Assembly (NCBI RefSeq): GCF_006345805.1
Contig: NC_043000.1
Coordinates: 28,830,001-28,894,000 of the forward strand
Length of the DNA: 64,000 bases
Reading direction: 5' to 3'
Source: Octopus sinensis
Lineage: Eukaryota
How positions within the stretch are numbered: the first letter of the stretch is position 1; the number at the start of each line of letters is the position of its first letter. Shown here one piece after another: positions 22,900 through 35,855 of this stretch. Made by a program: the position numbers and the translations under genes. The notes beneath the pieces were generated by a model. That model saw only the letters and a list, made by a program, of their open reading frames with translations. It ran no database searches and was not told the origin of the DNA.

Positions 22900-25130
22900 A
22901 TATATATATGAATAAATAAATGGAGTTTAACGCAGGTGTAAATCAAATATTTTTACTTTCGACACATGTTTCGAAAATTCCACTGATACTATTCAAAAGA
23001 ATAAATGGTATAAACAATGCAATCTTCTCTTCAGGAAAGTGAAAAAAACGAAACTCGTCAATAAGACATTTTAGCAAAAAAATGATGGATTTGTATAGCG
23101 ATTGACAGAACGCTATTAATATTGTTTAAAAAAACGTTATATGATATAACGTCATAAGTAGCTAACAGAAAGAGTAGGGATACCAATAGTGAATGTTAAA
23201 TATAAAGGAAATTAAAGTTTAAATTATATATATTGATAGAGACTACTTACGTGCACTAAATGTGTGTCTTTGCCAATGCTTACATCTGTATGCTCGCTCT
23301 ATAACCGTGTTTACTAGAGTATTTTTAGAAAAAATAATGAAAAATAACTCAGAATTGCAGAGAAGACAGAATTCCTTGCCTTTGTCATAAGGTATCGAAA
23401 TTGAGAGAATCAACCATTCTAAATGAAATTGTTCATTGTGGTCATTTAAATCCCAAATCAGTTTGCTGAGACCGGTACTATTACGTTTATTTCTATCCCT
23501 AAATGTTGAGTAATGGATAGAAATTCTTTTAGATAACTCTAACGATGTGTTTCCAATGTAAAATCGTACTTTATTACGAGTACTGATTATACACTGGTAT
23601 ATAGAATTTTTAATCTTAGAGTTACTTGACATAAACTTAATTCTATTGGAATTGACTTCAGATACAATAACCTTGTTATTAATATTTCTAGAGGGTTTGA
23701 TGGTATTAGCTAAATTAATGTTAGTATTAGTAAATGTATTAATATTTAGCAGTTTATTATTATGTGAAGAGATAATTTGTAAGAGATTTTTGTGTTTGGA
23801 AAACCGATCCTAACCGTATGTGAATTGATAATAGAATAATATCTAGAATTTTTTGGAAAATTCCTAGCAATAGCTTGACGAAACAGCAGTGGGAGATTAG
23901 ATTTAATTTGTCTCCCGTGAGGAATTATTAACCAAATATTTTTACTAGTATTCATAGCGTAATTATTTTTGAAGGTGTTACATTTACTTTTAGAACGATA
24001 ATAGGGGATTAAATAAGGGTTATCTGCCTTCATTCGCTTTGTATCGGTGCGTAAGATATGTTTGTTATCAATAATTCTTTTACAACTAGAAATCTTATCT
24101 ACATTATTGAATTTACAATTAGACTGAGCAGAATCAATGTAGAATTTTTTCTCTGTATAACCTGCTTTAATTAAGGCAGAGTTATAGAATTCAGCGTTAT
24201 TATTGAAAATATCAACATTAGCAGATAATTTAGATAATCTAAATGAAATATTCTTAACTAAGTTCTTAGTAATTGCTCTAGGATGATTACTAAATTTGCT
24301 AATGTACTTAAGATTGGTCAACGGTTTATGATATGGGAAGTAAGAGTCACTGTGTAAATTAAGCATAATATCGAAAAAGTTGCCTTCGTCATATCGTCAT
24401 CAAAAACGATTTTTAAGCCCATTCTACTGAAAAAATTAACTAAACTATTCTTAACTTTTTGTACCTTTTGGTTGGAAACATTTTGGAGGTAAAGTAAACA
24501 ATCATCACGATATAGACCTCCATAAATGTTAGGGAACTCTTCTGCCATTTCAAAAGAATATATATACAGACCAAATCAGCAATCTGTGCTGAATCAGAAC
24601 TTCCCATTGGTATATCGAAACTATCTGGTGTGTCTTTACGGACCCACAACTTATCATCAAATTTAATAATAGATCTTCTGGCTGCCAACACAACATTAAT
24701 TTCTTCTCGGGTGAGACCAGCTTTGTTATGAGCAAGCCAAAGTGCCTTATTAAGTACTATTGGATTGATAGATCAATAAAAATTGGAAATATCAAACTGG
24801 ATAAAATTAGTACTACTTTATTGGTAATAGAACTAAACCAGTCAACTACTTCAAACGAATTAGTCCATAAACTAAGTTTTAATGTTTTAATTAAATTTGG
24901 AATATATTTATCTAGTATATTTTTACTAAGGATACCGATGTCAGAGCTAGAAGGGCAGATAAGCCTTAATGATGGGTTAGTAAAAAAATTTTGTTTGTGA
25001 TCCTTCAAAATGAACCAAGGTTGCTTAGGATCAAGTGGTTCTGTCTTCATTTGTAGGTTATATTTCTCCATAATTTTCATAGCCTCAATGTTGGCTTTCT
25101 TAAGTATTCTTTTATCAGCATATATATATA
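22900..25130 (-). mobile_element. Penelope-like element (Hydra-clade-like), frameshifted RT + C-terminal GIY-YIG, 5'-truncated
   Basis: ILKDHKQNF..RLICPSSSDIG, FDIPMGSSDSAQIADLV, GLYRDDCL, SDSYFPYHKP..YISKFSNHP, and IYQC..FYIGNT..KRISIHYSTF..STGLSKLIWDL..CLLC..CKH; HHR in the 3' terminal region. Confidence 0.9.
22955..23040 (-). ncRNA. Type I hammerhead motif in the PLE 3' pLTR, canonical core
   Basis: Minus strand: actttc CTGAAGA gaagatt..aattttc GAAAC ATGT GTC gaaagt. Confidence 0.85.
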
Positions 25131-25409
25131 TATATATATATATATTGCATTACAGCTCACCACGCGAGGTTAATCGAAATTTTCCTCCACCCTTTTTCTT
25201 TCTATACATATATATATATATATGTGAGTGTGTGTGTGTGTGGATGGGTATGAATGTATGTATGTATGTATATATATGTATACATGTATATATGGATATA
25301 TATATATATGTATACATGTATGTGTATATATATATATATATACACATACACATACATGTATTGTATATATATATTGTGCATATATATATATGTGTGTGTG
25401 TGTGTGTTT

Positions 25410-25455
<46 letters not shown>

Positions 25456-25845
25456 TGTGTGTAAATCTTGTATAAAAATTAATCTGTTTTTAAGCCGCAA
25501 TAGAAAGTCATATAGGAAAAATTTTTTACTTACTAATTGTGACTGTAGGTTGCTAAAAGCACAGTTATTGCCAGAAGTAAGAGTTAAAAGTAAGAGCTGC
25601 GTGAAAATCTCGTTTATATATACTGACAGGGTAGATAACTGCCCCATGGGCAAAGCTAGAACATTAGATCGTAGTTTCCTCCTGTAATTGGGACTTCTCA
25701 AATTGTAACTCTCTTGCTCCAATGGAACAGCTAAATTCCTGCGTCAGCATATATGTTTGCCATATAAAATTATGGCTGATTTCGTGATATATATTATATC
25801 CTATTATATTATATTATACTATATCATATTATACTATATCATATT

Positions 25846-26002
25846 TTTATGGCTGTGTGGCAAGAAGCCTACTTTCCAAACATATAGCTCTGTGTTCAGT
25901 CCCACTGCTGGGTACCTTGAGCAAATTTCTGCTAATATAGTCTCGGGCTGACCAAAGCTCTGTGAGTTGATTTGCTAGATGGAAACTGAAAGAAGCTCGT
26001 CG

Positions 26003-26053
<51 letters not shown>

Positions 26054-26292
26054 TGTGTGTGTTTGTGTGTGTGTGTATGTATGTTTATCTGTATTTGCCC
26101 CCCCCCCCCACACACACACACAGCCATCACTTGACAACCGATGCTAGTTTGGCACAAGAGATCGCTAGAATAAATATTAGGCATTAAAAAATCAAGTCCT
26201 GGGGTCGATTTTCTTCGACTAAAAACCCTTTAAGGTGGTGCTCCAGCATGACTGCAGTAGTCAAATAACTGAAACAAATAAAAGAATAAAAG
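25846..26292 (+). mobile_element. SINE family A, older copy
   Basis: Degenerate match to family A. Confidence 0.8.
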
Positions 26293-26867
26293 ATGTGCCT
26301 TTGTTTTGCGTAGCTATTCAAAAGTAAAGATGGCTATAAATAATATCACATTATATATGGAGTAAAGTATTCGTTAAACGAGGAAAGGGGCGAGAGTTGT
26401 CCATGGAAATTAAGTCGCAGTTTTCTACCTTTTTCCTTCAAAATCTCTTAAATTGTAACGCTGCGCTGAATCCTATAATCTCTGGTAGTTATATGATTGT
26501 ATTCTATAAAAAAAATGTGGATATTCACCAATGTTAACCTATCCCTGATGTCGTCATTTTTGATAATATTAGCGCTAACAATCCTTTCTGATTCTCTGTC
26601 GTCTCGCTTCGATTAAAATTATATCGATTAATAAAGTTTTCTCGTTTTTAAAATAAATTAGAATATTTTATGTCTTTTCTTAATGGCGATCTTTGATTTT
26701 GTCAAACCTCGTCTTTTTTTTATGTCGCAATATGTTCCTTGACTCCTTCGCTAAAGAGTGATTCTCGTCTCTATTAAACATCGCTCGGTTCGATAGTTGC
26801 TAACCTAACCAAATCAGACTCAAACCTTGCAAAAATAACAAACAAAAGCCTAAGCCTTTATAAACAG

Positions 26868-27199
26868 CATGGCTGTGAGGAGTGAAGCTTCCTATCCAAC
26901 CATATGTTTCCGGGTTCAATCCCACTGCGTGTTACCTTGAGAGTGGATTAAGTAGACGGAAACTGAAAGAAGCTCGTTATATATGTATCTCTTTACTCTT
27001 TACTTGTTTCAGTCATTTGACTGCGGCCATGCTAGAGCACCGCCTTTAGTCGAGAAAATTGACCCCAGAACTTAATCTTTGTAAGCCTAGTACTTATTCT
27101 ATCGGTCTCTTTTGCCGAAGCGCTAAGTTACGGGGACGTAAACACACCAGCTTCGGTTGCCAAGCGATGTTGGGGTGACAAACAGACACACAAACATAT

Positions 27200-27230
<31 letters not shown>

Positions 27231-27400
27231 CATACATATACGACGAGCTTCTTTCAGTTTCCGTCTACCAAATCCACTCACAAGGCTTTGGTGGGCCCGA
27301 GGCTATAGTAGAAGACACTTGCCCAAGGTGCCACACAATGGGACTTAACCCGGAACCATGTGGTTGGTAAGCAAGATACTTACCACACAGCCACTCTTGT
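26868..27400. mobile_element. SINE family A: plus-strand head fragment abutting a full minus-strand copy
   Basis: Head 26868-26985 (+), full copy ~26990-27400 (-). Confidence 0.85.
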
Positions 27401-28319
27401 CAGAAAATTACTGTTTTTAAATCTCACAACGTGAAATATTCAGCAACAGTACTTTGTAGTAAAGATTGTTTGCCAACATAACATGGCAGTCCTGGTTTAG
27501 GACTAATGTTGCTGTAATTTAGCCCCAGGAGGTATGTGTGTGTATGTAAGTGTGTGTGTGTGTGTGTGTTCGTGTTTGTTTTTTTTTCCCACCACCACCT
27601 GACAATAGGTGTTGGTGTGTTTACGTCCCCGTAACTTGGCGGTTCGGTAAAAGAGACAGATAGAATATGTACTAGGCTTACAAAAATACTAAATACTTCA
27701 ATCGATTTATGCGATTAAAAGTTCTTCGAGGCGGTACCCCAGCATGGCCGCAGTATAATGACTGAAGCAAGTTAAAAAAAAAATAAGAGAAAAACGTTAA
27801 TTGTTTATGCAAAATAGATATTCTCTCTTATCTGATATCAATTACTATTTTCCATAAACAACGGACTTTTACAAATAATGACTATCGCTTGGGTCCGGAG
27901 TTTATATCCGGTTTCCTTTCGATGCATTAAACTTAATGGAGATAAACAAACCGCGGGAGGGGAAAATAACATGCCTCAGATAATTTACGAAACAGAATTC
28001 AAAAATCTTTTCTTTTCTTTCTCGCTGTTTAAGAACAGAGGAAATCAGAGACCAAGTCTGTTGACCGGAAGAGTAACAAATCATATGCTGATACTTAACG
28101 TAAAAATTAATCGCGACTTGAAATCGAGATTCATTTTTATCAAGTGTCCAGCAGGAGGTAATCCAATATTTTATAAAATCAGCCATTATATTTTACTATC
28201 ATCATCATCTGGTTCTCTACTTCCTGAGTTCAAATCCCGTCGAGGTTAATTCTTTCATCACCATCATCATCATCAGTCAATCAATCAGTCGATCAATCAG
28301 TCACTCCATGGACATTACT

Positions 28320-28565
28320 GTCTCGTGTCTTAGAACTCACATGACTGGTTACTCGGTTTCCATGGCGTATGTGGGACTCAGATCACAACATTCTTCCTGA
28401 ACGAGATACCAGTCGCTTCAATGAAACTCATTTGCTTCTGAGGAGACTGGAACAACGTGAAACGAAGCGTTTTCTTCAAGAATTCAACGCACCACCTGAA
28501 CCGAGAATCGAAATTAGAACCGCAAGTGGGTGACCGCAACGCCTTAACCACAAGGCCACGCACCG
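28320..28565 (-). mobile_element. SINE family E, degenerate
   Basis: Related to 2240-2385; ends ccttaaccacaaggccacgc. Confidence 0.6.
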
Positions 28566-28597
28566 TATTTCTTGCTCAGCAATATACCGGATGTTCG

Positions 28598-29250
28598 AAG
28601 GTGGCGAGCTGGCAGAAACGACTGGCCCCCTCCCCAAAATTTCGGGCCTTGTGCCTAGAGTAGACCAGGATATATCACCATTTCTGGGTGACGAGCTGGC
28701 AGAAACGTTAGCACGCCGGGCGAAATGCTTAGCAGTATTCCGCCTGCCGCTACGTTCTGAGTTCAAATTCCGCCGGGGTCGACTTTGCCTTTCATCTTTT
28801 CGGGGTCAATTAAATAAGTACCAGTTACGCACTGGGGTCGATATAATCGACTTAATCCGTTTGTCCTTTCTGTGTTTAGCCCATTGTGGGTAGTAAAGAA
28901 ATAGGTATTTCGTCTGCGTATTTCGTCTGAGTTCAAATTCCGCCGAGGTCAACTTTGCCTTTCCTCCTTTCGGGGTCGATAAATTAAATACCAGTTATGC
29001 ACTGGTGTCGATGTAATCGACTTCATCCGTTTGTCTATCTTTGTTTGTCCCCTCTGTATGTAGCCCCTTGTGGGCAGTAAATAAATAGGTATTTTGTCTG
29101 CTGTTACGTTCTGAGTTCAAATTCCGCCGCAGTCGACTTTGCCTTTCATCCTCTCAGGGTCGATAAATTAAGTACCAGTTTCGTACTGGGGTCGATCTAA
29201 TCGACTGGCCCCTCCTCAAAAATTTCGGATCTTGTACCTAGAGTAGAATA
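28598..29250 (+). mobile_element. SINE family B with three tandem internal units
   Basis: gagttcaaattccgcc recurs near 28758, 28930 and 29114. Confidence 0.88.
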
Positions 29251-29997
29251 GAGTATACGGGGTGTTCGAAAGTATAATTTAGAGGAAATTAACTGATAGA
29301 CTATAAGTCAAGAAGTCAGTACAAGTGACAAATAGTTGTTCGTGTCACTAGTTGAATAAACAACACATTTCATTCGATCAATTTCTAACAAGAAATTTTA
29401 TTTAAATTTCTAATTCACTCGTTATTTATTGCTGCGAAGGCAACATTTTATAACACATCATTTGTGGCAATAAATACAAATCTCTTTTCACCGCAGCATC
29501 CACCCCAAATATTCAATACATAGATGTATATTGATAAGTTTACACTAAAAAGCCACTGTATGCTGTACATTCCGCTGAGGTTTCCATTATTTGTATTCAG
29601 TGTTAATTTATGAAGTGTAACCGATAAACTGTTAAACTCTTGTAATGAGTCTCACACATCGGGTTTCTATATAAGAGTTTCTCCATAGAAACAATAGTAT
29701 AACGTCTTACAGTTGACTTGAAATATTATCACGAACTTTGGAATAGTAATATGTTTAGTAATACTAGTCTGTTATTTGCCTAGACTTCTATGATATATGC
29801 GATAATTCAATAAACAAATCACATTTATTCTTCAAATTCATTATCAGTACTTCCCTATCGCATGTCACACACACAAATAAAGAGTCCGTTCGAACGTTAC
29901 TTGTCAGTACAACTACGGCGTTGATCTCTTAGATTTTAGAACTAGCAATTTTGCTTGATGCAGAATCAACGACTGTGTGTTCGCTTGAAAAAAATAT

Positions 29998-30270
29998 GTG
30001 AGTGTTTGGAGGCACATGGCCTAGGGTTCGAATCGCAGACCGGGCGATGTGTGTGTTTATAAGCGAAACGCCTAAGCTTCACGCGGCTCCGGCAGAAAGT
30101 AATGACGAACTTCTGATTCTTTCGCCACAACTTTCTCTCACTCTTTCCTCCTCCATCTTGCAGCTCACCTGCGACGGACCGGCATCCCGTCGAGGTGGGG
30201 AACCTATACGCCAAGGAAACTGGGTAACATAACAAGCCCTATGAGCCAGGCGTCGCTCGAGGAGGAACAA
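29998..30270 (+). mobile_element. SINE with family-C-related head and a different tail
   Basis: gagcgaaa..cctaagct(c)cacg..gctccggcag shared with 50740-51122. Confidence 0.7.
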
Positions 30271-30312
30271 ACTTATATATCTATCTATCTGTCTATATAT
30301 ATATATATATAT

Positions 30313-30454
30313 ATTGTGAGCAGAAGCGAGCTACTGCCATTTCTAGCAGACGTGGTGTCCAGTACTGAGCAGTGGCTAAAATAGCCCGAAATCAGGACTG
30401 GTCTAGTAGCTACGTCGCCAGATGTTGGTATAGGTTCGCTCCCTTGCTCGCAAT
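30313..30454. other. ~140-nt imperfect rod-like hairpin with a hammerhead-like motif at the apex
   Basis: Nested helices attgtgagca/tgctcgcaat, gcgagc/gttcgc, gacgtggt/gctacgtc, ccagt/actgg, ggcta/tagcc. Confidence 0.6.
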
Positions 30455-31809
30455 CTATCGGATGCAGCTATGCACCGTTAACCAGCTAGAGATGTTATCT
30501 TGGGGTTAGAAAATCGCAGCAGAGTCCGTTCGAACGGACAGCCCTGTTGAAGTGTTTACTTAACGGCATTTCGTCTCTCTTTACATTCTGAGTTCAAATT
30601 CCACCGAGGTCAGCCTTGCCTTTCCAGGGTCGATAAAATAAATACTACTTGAGCACTGGGGATGATGTAATCGACTTATTTCTTCACCTGAAATTAGTGG
30701 CCCTGTGCGAAAATTTGAAATCATTATCTATTTAATCTGCATTCAGTGTGCCATAGCTGACACCTTGAATCTCCTATTAACAGAGAGTGTCTGTGAACAA
30801 TTCTTAGTCAGTTAGCAGCCTGGCCGTATAGCAAAGTATGGTATGGTATACGAAATATGGCTGACAAAAAGACAAATCTTGTTCAGAACGTTTTTTTTTT
30901 TTTTAATTTCGTCTTCTTTCGCTTTGAAACATATTTTTCAGATATGTTAATTTATTCATGACTTTTCATTTATACTCGGGGTTTGTTCTGTTTTATTTCA
31001 CCAAACATGTGTGATAGACGAGGGTAGATGTACAAGGTTGGAAATATAAAATCGTAAACATTCATTTTCACTATATTGAAAATTCTGTTTTCTAAACCAT
31101 ATCAAGAGAAATATTTTATTCAATTTGCAGTCTATACATTCCCACCAAACTATTAATTTGATTAATTAATTAATCAATAAACTATTTAATTAATTAATTT
31201 AGCAACTTTATTACCACTTATTTATTAACTACCACTAATCGAACCCATTCTTTGTTATTAGGCCCAATCGTCGTAATCATAATCGTAGTCACTTCAGATT
31301 ATCCATCACTTTACATCTTATCCAAGCTTGAAATTCACACATTTTTCTACTCTCCCTAAGTTTATAATAATTTACATTTTGATTCAATGATCATTTATAT
31401 TATTAGTTTATATCCTCGTCTATTCACTTCATCACTTTTTTCTTTTAATGTAGACAAAATTATTTCAAGTCCAACAAGTAATTAAAACCCTGGTATATCA
31501 CCGATAGCATTCAAGGTGTTGAGCTCACATAATCGTTAGAAGAACGAGTAAAATGCTTAGCGGCATTTCATCCGTCCTTACGTTTTGAGTTCAAATTCCG
31601 CCGAGGTGACTTTGTCTTCATCTTTCCAGAGTTGATAAAATAAGTATCAATCAAGTATTGGGGTCGATGATGTCTACTAAACCCCTCTCCCAAAATTTCA
31701 GTCCTTGCACCTATATTAGAAAGAATTATTAATTAATACTTATAGTTTTATCATTAAGTTGTTCAAAATAACTTATATATATATATATATACAGTAATAA
31801 ACATAGACT

Positions 31810-32088
31810 GCGGAGGTGAAATGGCGCAGTGGTTAGGGCAGCAGACTCGCGGTCGTGGAATCGCAGTTTCGATTCCCAGGCCGGGTGTTGTGAGTTTTTA
31901 TTGAGCGAAAACACCCAAAGCTCCACGAGTCTCCGGTGAACCCTGCTGTACTCTTTCACCACGAGTGTCTCACTCTTTCTGTCGTACCTGTATTTCAAAG
32001 GGCCAGCCTTGTCACACTCTGTGTGACGCTGAATCTCCCCGGAAACTACGTTAAGGGTACACGTGTCTGTGGAGTGCGCAACCACTAT
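31810..32088 (+). mobile_element. SINE family C, 3'-truncated
   Basis: Head ggaggtgaaatggcgcagtggttagggcagcagactcgcggtcg..gtttcgattccc. Confidence 0.88.
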
Positions 32089-32227
32089 TATACGACGCAA
32101 CCCTATTGAAGGTTATTTTACTTAAACATATAACTGTATAACTATCACTATAAAAAATTTGGTACATATTCTAAACGAAACTTATAATGTTTTACAGAGT
32201 TATATTTTCATACACGTTAATGAAACA

Positions 32228-32268
<41 letters not shown>

Positions 32269-33001
32269 TATATTCCATTGTATTCATTTTCACAAAGATT
32301 TCTTTTAAATTATGTTTATTTTTATGTTGTTTTTAATTAAATATATTTTTTCAACATTTCAACATACAACAAATTGCTTTCAGTAACAAGTTGTAGTTTA
32401 CACGTATGTATATTGATTCGATAAATCTTACAAAACGATGTTTATTTAAGATATTCAGTTTTATGTTCATTTCTATATACCTCTGTGCAGTTATTAGTTG
32501 AGTTTTTTAAGCACGTAAAGAGGCATAGTTCTGACAAATATATTGATATTTATTAAATGTTGACTTCAATATATACATACTTACAAAAATATATACATAC
32601 ATATATATGCACAAACATACATATGTATAAAATTGTGCATATACACCCAGAATCACGCTAATAACTTAGGAGTGAAATTTAGGATTTTTTGGTTTTCTGT
32701 GAATCGATTTTGATAAAACTATTTCCAGCTGGTTTGCACAGTATGGCAACACAATAGTTATGATTTCATTATTCTGTGTAATGTCCTTACTTTTTTTTAT
32801 TTCAGATTCTTCAGTTTTGGTGTGAACCATGCTAATAGATTATGAATGAAAAGAGCCCATCTAGACATTTTTTTTTTCGGAAAATGAAAGGCTATGATAC
32901 ATATTAAGCATACATGGAGTGTATATTTAACAGATACAACTACTCTATCGTTCCACCACTGCTTATATCTCTCTGAGATATTTAGAAATTTAATATTTTT
33001 A

Positions 33002-33052
<51 letters not shown>

Positions 33053-33133
33053 ACAATAATTGTTTCTTGTCAGGAACCAAAAGATTTAATAGGACTGCAA
33101 TAGAAGTGCTCTATTAGAAGAGACAACATATCA

Positions 33134-34056
33134 AACTAAAATCATTGAACAAGCAAATACAAAGTCAACCGCATGTCATTTCATAATTCGAACATTTAAT
33201 TATAGAATAAACATATAATCCGCAAGATGAACAAAATTCATATGTACAGCACGTATAATAATAATATAATATTAATATGGTATGGTGCAAGAAAAATTCT
33301 TGTTAAAACTTAGAATTAATATTCTAGCGATTCAAAGAGAATACATTTATAAGGACGTAGAAAGTAAAATATAACATAAGCAATATATAAAATATATAGT
33401 ATATAAAAATATAGGCATATAAAAATATATAAAACATATATAATATATATACATATGGGAGCATATAAAAATATAACATATATATATATATATATATCGT
33501 GTAAATAAAGTAAAATAATGTTCATCGTTTAGAAATCTTAATCGGTAAAATAAGCCTTATATATAAGAAGGAAATCATGTTTACTTATCCCTATGGCCAT
33601 TTCAGGGGTGTATTATAATACACCCCTGTATAACATATATATATATATAACATATATATATATATATAAAAATATAACATATATATATATATATAACATA
33701 TATATATATATATATAAAAATATAACATATATATATATATATATATATCGTGTAAATAAAGTAAAATAATGTTCATCGTTTAGAAATCTTAATCGGTAAA
33801 ATAAGCCTTATATATAAGAAGGAAATCATGTTTACTTATCCCTATGGCCATTTCAGGGGTGTATTATAATACACCCCTGAAATGGCCATAGGGATAAGTA
33901 AACATGATTTCCTTCTTATATATAAGGCTTATTTTACCGATTAAGATTTCTAAACGATGAACATTATTTTACTTTATTTACACGATATATATATATATAT
34001 ATATATATGTTATATTTTTATATATATATATATATGTTATATATATATATATGTTA

Positions 34057-34087
<31 letters not shown>

Positions 34088-34601
34088 GTTATATATATAT
34101 ATATATGTTATACAGGGGTGTATTATAATACACCCCTGAAATGGCCATAGGGATAAGTAAACATGATTTCTTCTTATATATAAGGCTTATTTTACCGATT
34201 AAGATTCTAAACGATGAACATTATTTTACTTTATTTACACGATATATATATATATATATGTTATTTTTTATGCTCCCATATGTATATATATTTATATATG
34301 TTTTATATATTTTTATATGCCTATATTTTTATATACCTATATATTTTTATATATTGCTTATATTATATTTTACTTTCTACGTCCTTATAAATGTATTCTC
34401 TTTGAATCGCTAGAATATAATTCTAAGTTTCAAGAATTTTTCTTGCACCATACCATATTAATATTATATTATTATTATTACGTGCTGTACATATGAATTT
34501 TGTTCCATCTTGCGGATTATATGTTTATTCTATAATTAAATGTTCGAATTATGAAATGACATGCGGTTGACTTTGTATTTGCTTGTTCAATGATTTTAGT
34601 T
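33134..34601. repeat. 1.47-kb near-perfect palindrome containing three copies of a 26-bp hairpin
   Basis: Symmetry axis at 33866/33867 within CAGGGGTGTATTATAATACACCCCTG; arms ~733 bp. Confidence 0.92.
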
Positions 34602-34644
34602 ATATATATATATTATATTATATATATATATTATATATATATAT

Positions 34645-34860
34645 ATAAATATATATATATATATGGGTGAGTTATAAACAAACAAAAGACGAAGACAGGT
34701 GGTGTACAAAACAAACAGATGTATTAGTATAACGCTCAGGAATAGAAAAAGTCTTTTACGTTTCGAGCCTACGCTCTTCTACAGAAAGGGACACAGAAAA
34801 AATAAGCAGAGAAAAAAATGTGTGTAGTGGCTAACGATCTATCATATATATACTAAGTTG
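34645..34860 (-). mobile_element. Solo pLTR-like module in (TA)n carrying a hammerhead-like motif (34753-34788, A6U)
   Basis: Minus strand: cttt CTGTAGA a gagc gtag gctc GAAAC GTA aaag. Confidence 0.65.
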
Positions 34861-35301
34861 AGAACACATATTTAGTGGAAAGACAGTTTGACATCTTACA
34901 AGAGTCCATATAGTGATTGATAAGGGATCGATATAGTGATCTCTCATGTTGTTTATGCTAAAATAAAATTCGCGATTCTCGAACGTTTTTAAGTATGCTG
35001 ACCACTAGTTGAAATTGATATTATTTTATAACATGATTTAATAATATCAATTTCTACTCGTATTATATATATACATATGTATACATATATACATACATAT
35101 ATATACATACGCACACACAGTGGTGGAACTATAGAGCAGTTGTATACTGTCAACTTGACGTGACAGTCTCTTAAAGGGAATCACACACCGCTATTTAGCC
35201 CTAGGAAGCATCAACGCTTCCTGTCGGCCTTGACACATTTCCTGTGTCCTTATACATACGCACACACATACATATATATACATATATTTATATATATATT
35301 A

Positions 35302-35333
<32 letters not shown>

Positions 35334-35370
35334 GAATATATATAAATATATATATACATATACATATACT

Positions 35371-35768
35371 TTTTACCCTTTTACTTGTTTCAGTCATTTG
35401 ACTGTGGCTATGCTGGAGCACCGCCTTTAATCGAGCAACTCGACCCCGGGACTTATTCTTTTGTAAGCCCAGTACTTATTCTATCGGTCTCTTTTGCCGA
35501 ACCGCCAAGTAACGGGGACATAAACACACCAGCATCGGTTGTCAAGCAATGCTAGGGGGACAAACACAGACACACAAACACACACACGCATATATATACA
35601 TATATACGACGGGCTTCTTTCAGCTTCCGTCTACCAAATCCAATCACAAGGCTTTGGTCGGCCCGAGTCTATAGTACAAGACACTTGCCCAAGGTGCCAC
35701 GCACTGAGACTGAACCCGGAACCATGTGGTTGGTAAACAAGCTACTTACCACACAACCACTCCTGTGC
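35371..35768 (-). mobile_element. SINE family A
   Basis: Reverse complement of family A. Confidence 0.9.

Positions 35769-35855
<87 letters not shown>

Noticed and set aside
28433-28472. CTGAGGA ... GAAACGAAGC
   Set aside because: Lies in the SINE E body; no cleavage triplet or stem II.
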